Part shown: in pieces, positions 57,822-64,000 of the stretch
Numbering within the stretch: the first letter of the stretch is position 1
How the letters are laid out: the number at the start of each line of letters is the position of its first letter
DNA from: Mesorhizobium sp.
GTDB taxonomy: Bacteria > Pseudomonadota > Alphaproteobacteria > Rhizobiales > Rhizobiaceae
NCBI GenBank assembly: GCA_049840935.1
Contig: JASGJA010000014.1
Location: forward strand, 304 to 64,303
Length of the DNA: 64,000 nt
Direction of reading: 5' to 3'
Notes under the pieces: generated by a model
Databases searched by the model: none
Told to the model about the DNA's origin: nothing
Seen by the model: the letters and a program-made list of their open reading frames with translations, nothing else
Position numbers and translations under genes: made by a program

Positions 57822-58400
57822 GTGGCAAGATCATACCTGAAAATCGGCAGACGCAAGGCGATAACGACAAATTCATGTACGGGAGTGGGGCGAATTACGG
57901 TTCGCGCGCGTCCCGGCGTTCCCACGCAGGGCCTGATGAACGTTTCTGGTACAGTTTTTCCCTGTGCTTTGGGGCGTGGTGGGATCAAAATGCTGAAGCA
58001 CGAGAGCGATGGCGGCACGCCGCTGGCGAGTATGCGGTTGTTGCGCGGCTATATAAGGGATGGCCGGTTTCCATATCGGTCAGCCCTACCGCTGGAGCGC
58101 ATTTCGCCTACGCTCGGCTGGTGTGAAGTGCCGGACGACCGGAATTACAATCGCCCGGTGCGAATGCCCTATGCGGCGAGCCATGAGCGGATGCTGCGCG
58201 ACGACGATCTTTACGATGGCTGCATTGTGCTGGACTGGAATATCCGCCCGCGCGTGCGCGGCAAGGGCAGTGCGATTTTCTTTCACCTCGCACGACCGGG
58301 CTTCCAGCCAACGGCGGGATGCGTGGCGGTATCGAAGCCGGTTATGCGCAGGTTGCTGCCGCTATTGTCCAAACGAACGGTGCTGGTGGTGAAGCGCTAG
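57822..58400 (+). CDS. L,D-transpeptidase (YkuD) family protein
   Basis: …FPCALGRGGI…GSAIFFHLARPGFQPTAGCVAV, the catalytic His…Cys motif. Start uncertain. Confidence 0.8.
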   Translation: MARSYLKIGRRKAITTNSCTGVGRITVRARPGVPTQGLMNVSGTVFPCALGRGGIKMLKHESDGGTPLASMRLLRGYIRDGRFPYRSALPLERISPTLGWCEVPDDRNYNRPVRMPYAASHERMLRDDDLYDGCIVLDWNIRPRVRGKGSAIFFHLARPGFQPTAGCVAVSKPVMRRLLPLLSKRTVLVVKR

Positions 58401-58819
58401 ACGCCCAAGCCGCCAATCACGCCGCCAAGAATCAGTGCGACGCCAAGCCAGTGACCGGCATCGATCAATGTCAATGCCCACGGCTTGCCTTGGTAACGAT
58501 GCGAAATGGCTGTGCTGGTGAGTAAAAAGCCGAACCATACGATACCTGCGGAAATCAGGCCGTTCTTGAGCGTGACTTGTCCCGGCCCTAGATGGCCGAT
58601 CAGACCCGCCATGATCCATGCCATAACCAGTTCAGCAATGAAGGTGAAAATGAAGGTGCCTGTCGCGGGCTTTGGGCGGTCGGCGGAGATACCGGCGGCG
58701 CGCTTCCACGGCTCTGCGAGTGCGGAATAGTACACCGCGCCGAAGGCAAAGGCCGCTGCTGCGGCGATGAGGATCGCGAGATAGTTGGTGCCTGCAAAAA
58801 CCATTCTGAACTCCGTCAT
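58397..58819 (-). CDS. DUF1761-like small membrane protein
   Basis: 140 aa with four hydrophobic segments. Family assignment from memory. Confidence 0.55.
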   Translation of the reverse strand: MTEFRMVFAGTNYLAILIAAAAAFAFGAVYYSALAEPWKRAAGISADRPKPATGTFIFTFIAELVMAWIMAGLIGHLGPGQVTLKNGLISAGIVWFGFLLTSTAISHRYQGKPWALTLIDAGHWLGVALILGGVIGGLGV

Positions 58820-58843
58820 TGCGATTTGGGTGCTATCGCGACT

Positions 58844-59485
58844 TCAAATAAAGCGCCAAACAGTTGTCTTCTTCACGTCAGCGTCTTCGAGTGCTCGCGT
58901 GACAGGTACCTCGTAAACAGCACGCTTTTCGAGACGATCTTTGGGAAGATAGGAACGACCGGGATCGCCGACGTAGATATTCGCTCCACGGCTGGCCAAG
59001 CTGGTGAACCAGCCGACCAGACGGTCAGCGAACGGCTTTTCGTAGAATACGTCGCCAGCCAGCACAACATCCCAACCGCCATCGCTTCCAACCAAGTCTT
59101 CGCCAGTGAAGGAAATATCGACGGCATTGGCGGTTGAGTTCAGCGCAACAGCAGCTGCGCAGAAGGGATCAATGTCGGCGGCTAATACAGAGGCAGCGCC
59201 GGATTTGTAGGCCGCGATCGCAACCAGTCCGGAACCCGTGGCGAAATCGAGAACGCGCTTGCCCGCGACGAGGTGCGGATTATCCAGCACATGGCGCGCC
59301 AGTCCCTGCCCACCGGCCCACGCAAAAGCCCAAAACGGTGGCGGCAAACCGATAGCCGCCAGTTCTTCCTCGGTCTTTTGCCAAAGCGCATGTGCTTCGT
59401 CCGCAAGATGCAACTGAATTTCCGGCACATGCGGTGGTGCGAGCAGCGCTGTATTTTCAAGGATAAAATTTCGCGGAGATCGCAA
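58844..59485 (-). CDS. Class I SAM-dependent methyltransferase (PrmA/small-MTase-like)
   Basis: SAM motif I (GKRVLDFATGSGLVAIAA), then ADIDP. Confidence 0.75.
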   Translation of the reverse strand: MRSPRNFILENTALLAPPHVPEIQLHLADEAHALWQKTEEELAAIGLPPPFWAFAWAGGQGLARHVLDNPHLVAGKRVLDFATGSGLVAIAAYKSGAASVLAADIDPFCAAAVALNSTANAVDISFTGEDLVGSDGGWDVVLAGDVFYEKPFADRLVGWFTSLASRGANIYVGDPGRSYLPKDRLEKRAVYEVPVTRALEDADVKKTTVWRFI

Positions 59486-59493
59486 GGATTAAA

Positions 59494-59647
59494 CCCCTCA
59501 TCCGCCTGCCGGCACCTTCTCCCTCAAGGGGAGAAGGGGGAAATTGTCAGCGCCTAATTCAATCGCAAGCCTTTGGGCGCTTGTGAGGCTTTGATGACAT
59601 CGTCCTTCTCCCCTTGAGGGAGAAGGTGCCGGCAGGCGGATGAGGGG
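59494..59647. repeat. Palindromic intergenic element with perfect 44-bp inverted arms (MITE/REP-like)
   Basis: Left arm 59494-59537 is CCCCTCATCCGCCTGCCGGCACCTTCTCCCTCAAGGGGAGAAGG. Right arm 59604-59647 is its exact reverse complement. The spacer is 66 bp. Confidence 0.9.
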
Positions 59648-59672
59648 TATGGCAAACAATTCTGTATGTCTT

Positions 59673-60098
59673 TCAAGGCGCGGGATCGACCCCGCCCATG
59701 CGGCAGACTTCCTTCCACTCATCCGGCGTGACTGGCTGTACGGAGAGGCGTGAATTGTTGACCAGAACCATCTTTGAAAGCTTCGGATTGGCTTTGATTT
59801 GTTCCAGCGTTGGCGGGTTCGGAACATCACGCACGGCGCGCACGTCAACACACTCCCATGTGGGATTGTCCGCGGTGGAATCGGGATGTGCGAGCGCGCA
59901 AACTTCAACGATGCCCGCAGCGCAGAGCCCGATGTTCGAATGGTAGAAGAAACCGAGATCGCCAACCTTCATGTTCCGCATATTGTTGCGGGCCTGATAA
60001 TTGCGGACGCCGTCCCATTCCTGACCCTTTGCGCCCTTCGCCTTCAGGTCATCGAAGGAGAAGACGTCAGGTTCGGACTTGAAGAGCCAGTAGTTCAT
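59673..60098 (-). CDS. EVE (PUA-like) domain protein
   Basis: MNYWLFKSEPDVFSFDDL…WDGVRNYQARNNMR.MKVGDLGFFYHS. Confidence 0.8.
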   Translation of the reverse strand: MNYWLFKSEPDVFSFDDLKAKGAKGQEWDGVRNYQARNNMRNMKVGDLGFFYHSNIGLCAAGIVEVCALAHPDSTADNPTWECVDVRAVRDVPNPPTLEQIKANPKLSKMVLVNNSRLSVQPVTPDEWKEVCRMGGVDPAP

Positions 60099-60106
60099 GG
60101 CTGCCC

Positions 60107-60403
60107 TCACGCATTTGCGGGATTGTTGAATACCCAGTTCCACGCTTTGATCTGAACGCTCTCAAACAAGCCAGCCTTTGCGTATGGATCATCTGCGGCG
60201 ATCTTTTCGGCTGCGGCGAGGTCTGCGGCCTCGACAACCACGAGACTGCCAGTAGGCTTGCCGTCTTCGCCGAGAAAAGGCCCGGCGAATTTGAGCGTTC
60301 CCGCGGCGTTGAGCGCGTTGAGATATTCGACATGAGCGGGTCGCGTATCCATGCGCACCTGAAGGTGGTCGGGCTTATCCTTGCAGAGAAATGCAAACAG
60401 CAT
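60107..60403 (-). CDS. YciI-family protein
   Basis: 98 aa; MLFAFLCKDKPD…RPAHVEYL…AGPF… is the YciI pattern. Confidence 0.85.
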   Translation of the reverse strand: MLFAFLCKDKPDHLQVRMDTRPAHVEYLNALNAAGTLKFAGPFLGEDGKPTGSLVVVEAADLAAAEKIAADDPYAKAGLFESVQIKAWNWVFNNPANA

Positions 60404-60411
60404 GATGGCTC

Positions 60412-61397
60412 CTATTCGCTTTCGGTCTTGAGGGGGCGGTTCATTAATTGCTGAACCGCTTCTTGAATGGTGATTGTTCGGTCGAGAATTTGGGCGACAG
60501 CGCTGATGATCGGGGCTTCGACGCCGTGATCGGCAGCGACCTTAGCCGCAATGCCTCGCCGTCGCAACGCCTTCGGCCAAGGGCAAGTTTTCGAGCGATT
60601 CGCCACGACCAAGAGCAAGGCCATAGGCGAAATTGCGCGATTGGACAGTGGAGCATGTCAGCATCAGGTCGCCGAGGCCGGACAAGCCCCATCAATGTTT
60701 CCGGCCGTGCGCCAAATGCGGCCGCAATGCGGCGCAGCTCGACAAAGCCGCGCGTCACCATTGCGGCCTGTGCGCTCGCGCCGAGATTGGCACCTGTGAC
60801 TGCACCCGCCGCAATCGCGAAGACGTTCTTGAGCGCGCCGCCAATCTCGACGCCGGTCAGGTCGTCGCTCGAATAGCAGCGGAATGTTTCGGACGAAAAG
60901 CGCACGGCCATAAGTGCCGCCAGCGATTCATCCTCTCCAGCAACTACGACGGCAGTGGGAAGTCCGCGTGCGACGTCGGTCGCGAAGCTAGGACCGGAGA
61001 GCGCGGCCAGCGGATTTCCTTGCAAATGTTCGCGAGCCACGTCCGACAACAGCAGGCCGGTGCTGCGCTCAATGCCCTTGGCGCAAAGCACGACTGGCAC
61101 ATGCGGCGGAATGCGAAAAGCAACGCCATCCAGTGTGTCGCGCAAGGATTGCGCAGGCACGACAATCAGCACGCAGTCGGCGCCATCGAGAGCGAGCGCG
61201 GAATCGGTCGTGCCGACAATGTCGGCAGGTAAGCGGATGCCGGGAAGGTAGCGTGGGTTTTCACCGTGCGAGACGGCTTTGGCGGTTTCGGCGTCGCGTG
61301 CCCAGAGCGTGACCTGCTGATTTGCGCGGCGCAGCGCTGCGGCAAGGGCTGTGCCCCATGCGCCGCCGCCAAGCACCGTTATGCGCCACGGATTCAT
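60412..61397 (-). pseudogene. gpsA: NAD(P)H-dependent glycerol-3-phosphate dehydrogenase, interrupted by two +1 frameshifts (pseudogene or sequence errors)
   Basis: The N-terminal two-thirds (ITVLGGGAWGTALA…GALKNV…ETLMGL) is in one frame. The conserved continuation [27 protein letters not shown]…EGVATA is in a second frame. The C-terminus [20 protein letters not shown]…MNRPLKTE is in a third frame (ORF 60412-60624). Confidence 0.75.
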
Positions 61398-62482
61398 GCC
61401 TTGGCTCCCCTGCGGCCAGACCCGACAACGGGGGCCGATACTGTATCAAGAGGCCAGCGCGAACGCGGCGCGAATGCCATCGGGTTTTCAGGTTCCAATC
61501 CGGCTTGCAAGCGCTCGATACCAGCCCATGCGATCATTGCCGCATTATCGGTGCAAAGAACGGTGGGTGGTGCGATGAATTGGAATCCATACTCGGCACA
61601 GAGCGCATCGAGCGTTGCGCGCACACGCTTGTTAGCAGCGACACCGCCAGCCACGATAAGCGCGGGAATTGCGCAATCAGGAAACTCATGCCGAAAGCGC
61701 GCGAGTGTTCGGCCAACGCGCTCATGTAACGTGTCGGCGATGGCTTCCTGGAAGGAGGCGCAAATATCGGCGACGTCCTGATCCGTGAGCGGAGCGATTG
61801 CCGTCGCAGCTTGTCGGACAGCAGTCTTGAGACCGGAGAAGGAAAAGTCCGGTTGATGCGATCCCTTCATCGGGCGCGGAAAGGGGAAGCGTGAAGGATT
61901 ACCGCTGGCAGCGGCGCGCTCGACGCTTGGACCGCCTGGATGTGGCAGGCCGAGAATCTTGGCCGTCTTGTCGAACGCTTCGCCCAGCGCATCGTCGATT
62001 GTGGTCGCCCAACGTTGATATTCGCCAACGCCGCGCACTAGAACGATCTGCGTGTGCCCGCCCGAAACGAGCAGCAGCAAATAAGGAAAGGCAACGCCAT
62101 CTGTGAGGCGCGCGGTAAGCGCATGACCTTCAAGATGATTCACTGCTAGCAAAGGCTTGCCCATTGCGGCGGCGATTGCCTTGGCCGTCATGAGGCCGAC
62201 GATCAGACCGCCGACCAGCCCCGGCCCGGCAGTAGCTGCGACGGCATCGATGTCGGCAAGGGTGACGCCAGCTTCATCCAGCGCGGCTTGAACAATGCCA
62301 TCCAGCGCCTCGACATGGGCGCGCGCGGCGATTTCCGGCACGACGCCGCCGAAAGCTGCGTGCTCTTCGATCTGGCTGAACACGACATTCGACAGAATGC
62401 GGCCATGCGCAGGCGAATCCGACGCCACGACGCTCGCCGCCGTTTCATCGCAACTCGTTTCTATGCCAAGCACGCGGAGCAA
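61394..62482 (-). CDS. tsaD: tRNA N6-adenosine threonylcarbamoyltransferase
   Basis: [16 protein letters not shown]…[10 protein letters not shown]…SGGHTQ…. Confidence 0.95.
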   Translation of the reverse strand: MLRVLGIETSCDETAASVVASDSPAHGRILSNVVFSQIEEHAAFGGVVPEIAARAHVEALDGIVQAALDEAGVTLADIDAVAATAGPGLVGGLIVGLMTAKAIAAAMGKPLLAVNHLEGHALTARLTDGVAFPYLLLLVSGGHTQIVLVRGVGEYQRWATTIDDALGEAFDKTAKILGLPHPGGPSVERAAASGNPSRFPFPRPMKGSHQPDFSFSGLKTAVRQAATAIAPLTDQDVADICASFQEAIADTLHERVGRTLARFRHEFPDCAIPALIVAGGVAANKRVRATLDALCAEYGFQFIAPPTVLCTDNAAMIAWAGIERLQAGLEPENPMAFAPRSRWPLDTVSAPVVGSGRRGAKA

Positions 62483-62571
62483 TTGGAGCTACCTGCCTCA
62501 TTGCGGGGTTTGGATTAAAGCTCTAAATCCGCTGCGAGTTATCACGGACCACAAGGCCGAAACAACAGACA

Positions 62572-63501
62572 ATGGATACCAAGCTTCTCAGGATCGGCAC
62601 GCGCGGCAGTCCGCTGGCATTGGCGCAAGCGAGTGAAACGCGCGCGCGGCTGATGGCAGCGCATGGCTTGCCGGAGGAGGCGTTTGCCATCGAGGTGATT
62701 TCCACCAGCGGCGACCGCATTCAGGATCGCCCGCTTTCCGAGGCTGGCGGCAAAGGGTTGTTCACCAAGGAAATCGAGGAAGCACTGCTGGATGGTCGCA
62801 TCGACATCGCCGTGCATTCGTCAAAGGACATGCCGACAATGTTGCCCAATAGGCTGGAGCTTTCCGCCCTTCTGCCGCGCGAAGATGTGCGGGACGTGTT
62901 CGTCGGGCGCGCAGCACAGCGAATCGCTGATTTGCCACAGGGCGCGACGGTTGGGTCATCTTCGTTGCGGCGGCAGGCGTTGATTCGGCGGATGCGGCCA
63001 GACCTCAACGTCATTATCTTTCGCGGCAATGTACAGACGCGTTTGCGCAAGCTGGAAGAAGGTGTCGCCGACGGCACGATGCTGGCGCTGGCGGGGTTGA
63101 AACGTCTCGGCATGGATCACGTCGCGACAGAGATTATGGCGGAAATGGAGTTTCCGCCAGCTCCGGGGCAAGGCGCAATTTGCATCGAAAGCCGCGTTGG
63201 TGACGATCGGGCAAAGGCTATGGTCGCAGCAATTCATGACCGCGATACAGGTCTGGCGCTGGCGTGCGAGCGCGCATTTTTGGCTGCACTGGATGGCTCT
63301 TGCCGCACGCCGATTGCGGGACATGCGCGGATCGACGGTGATGCGCTGCATTTTAGCGGGCTGATCCTGACGCCGGATGGCCAACGCAGCCACGCTATTG
63401 CGCGGGTTGGACATGCGGATGAAGCCGCAACAATCGGTCGAGAAGCCGGAGAAGCGATTCGCGCAGAAGCAGGTACTAGCTTCTTTGAGAGCTGGGCCTG
63501 A
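62572..63501 (+). CDS. hemC: Hydroxymethylbilane synthase (porphobilinogen deaminase)
   Basis: [14 protein letters not shown]…[11 protein letters not shown]…AVHSSKDMP…RGNVQTRL…DGSCRTPI. Confidence 0.95.
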   Translation: MDTKLLRIGTRGSPLALAQASETRARLMAAHGLPEEAFAIEVISTSGDRIQDRPLSEAGGKGLFTKEIEEALLDGRIDIAVHSSKDMPTMLPNRLELSALLPREDVRDVFVGRAAQRIADLPQGATVGSSSLRRQALIRRMRPDLNVIIFRGNVQTRLRKLEEGVADGTMLALAGLKRLGMDHVATEIMAEMEFPPAPGQGAICIESRVGDDRAKAMVAAIHDRDTGLALACERAFLAALDGSCRTPIAGHARIDGDALHFSGLILTPDGQRSHAIARVGHADEAATIGREAGEAIRAEAGTSFFESWA

Positions 63502-63502
63502 T

Positions 63503-64000
63503 ATGAAGCGGGTTCTGGTCACAAGGCCTGAGCCCGGCGCTTCGGCGACCGCCAATCGACTTCGTGCGATGGGGTTTGAGTCCGTGGTGCTCCCGCTGTC
63601 GCGAATCGTGGCGCTGCCGGTGGTGGATGATCTGCCGGATTGCGAGGCCATTGCGGTGACGAGCGTCAACGCGCTGCGCCATGCACCACGCGAGTTTATA
63701 GAGAAGTTGTCTGGAAAGCCGTGCTTTGCGGTTGGTGAGCGTACAGGCGATGCCGCGCGAGTGGCGGGCTTTGCCAATGTAGTGCAGACGGCTGGCGATG
63801 CCGAATCCTTGGCAAAGGTGATTATCGCCGCAAACGTGAAAGGCGTGATCGCCTATCTGGCGGGGCGCGTTCGGTTGCTGGATTTTGAGACAGCTCTTGA
63901 AAAGGCCGGTGTTCGCGTCATTCCCATAGAGGTTTATGACACCGAACCGGTCGAGCCTACCGCACCGGAAATCGAGGCGCTACGAACGGGGCGACCGATC
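63503..64000 (+). CDS. hemD: Uroporphyrinogen-III synthase (partial, runs off window end)
   Basis: Open frame from ATG 63503 to the window end (MKRVLVTRPEPGASATANRLRAMGFESVVLPLSRI…). Directly follows hemC. Absent from the ORF track because no stop codon lies in the window. Confidence 0.7.
   Translation, partial: MKRVLVTRPEPGASATANRLRAMGFESVVLPLSRIVALPVVDDLPDCEAIAVTSVNALRHAPREFIEKLSGKPCFAVGERTGDAARVAGFANVVQTAGDAESLAKVIIAANVKGVIAYLAGRVRLLDFETALEKAGVRVIPIEVYDTEPVEPTAPEIEALRTGRPI

Overview
This is an origin-proximal chromosomal segment of an alphaproteobacterium. Gene order looks typical of Hyphomicrobiales/Rhizobiales; a Brucella/Ochrobactrum-like layout is my recollection only, not a search result. 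All product calls come from reading conserved motifs in the supplied translations; no database was queried. The conserved backbone runs: holA; parB-parA-rsmG-mnmG-mnmE (minus strand); a yyaL-like gene; rho-hemJ-hemE (minus); a 374-bp non-coding gap that I call oriC; DUF299 kinase-maf-aroE-coaE-dnaQ (plus); secB; fxsA; a tim44-like gene; mltA-smr-HTH; hslU-GNAT-hslV; hisB-DUF2628-hisH-hisA-hisF-hisE-coaA; lolA; xthA; an OmpR-type response regulator divergent from an L,D-transpeptidase; EVE/YciI; gpsA (apparently frameshifted twice); tsaD; hemC-hemD. Near-consensus parS sites cluster around parAB/mnmG, about 6.4-8.4 kb from the proposed origin. Two accessory blocks interrupt this backbone. (1) At about 27.0-38.8 kb, between hslVU plus a VOC dioxygenase and hisB, lies an operon for an 1816-aa modular protein. 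It has an S/T-rich N-terminus, an N,N-dimethylformamidase-beta-like domain, an Ig-like module, four DUF4082-like modules and four cadherin-like modules. It is followed by a CobW/G3E GTPase, a 109-aa orphan protein, a type I secretion ABC transporter with a degenerate C39-like domain, an HlyD adaptor and a hexapeptide acetyltransferase. This is the best candidate for an uncharacterised system. (2) At about 43.5-54.8 kb lies an amine-type catabolic locus: a class III aminotransferase, a Pot-like ABC importer, TetR, two CrtI-like flavoproteins, a GcvT-like protein and a small ORF. Two copies of a GC-rich palindromic repeat family are present; one has perfect 44-bp inverted arms. No rRNA, tRNA, CRISPR array, transposase or integrase was seen.
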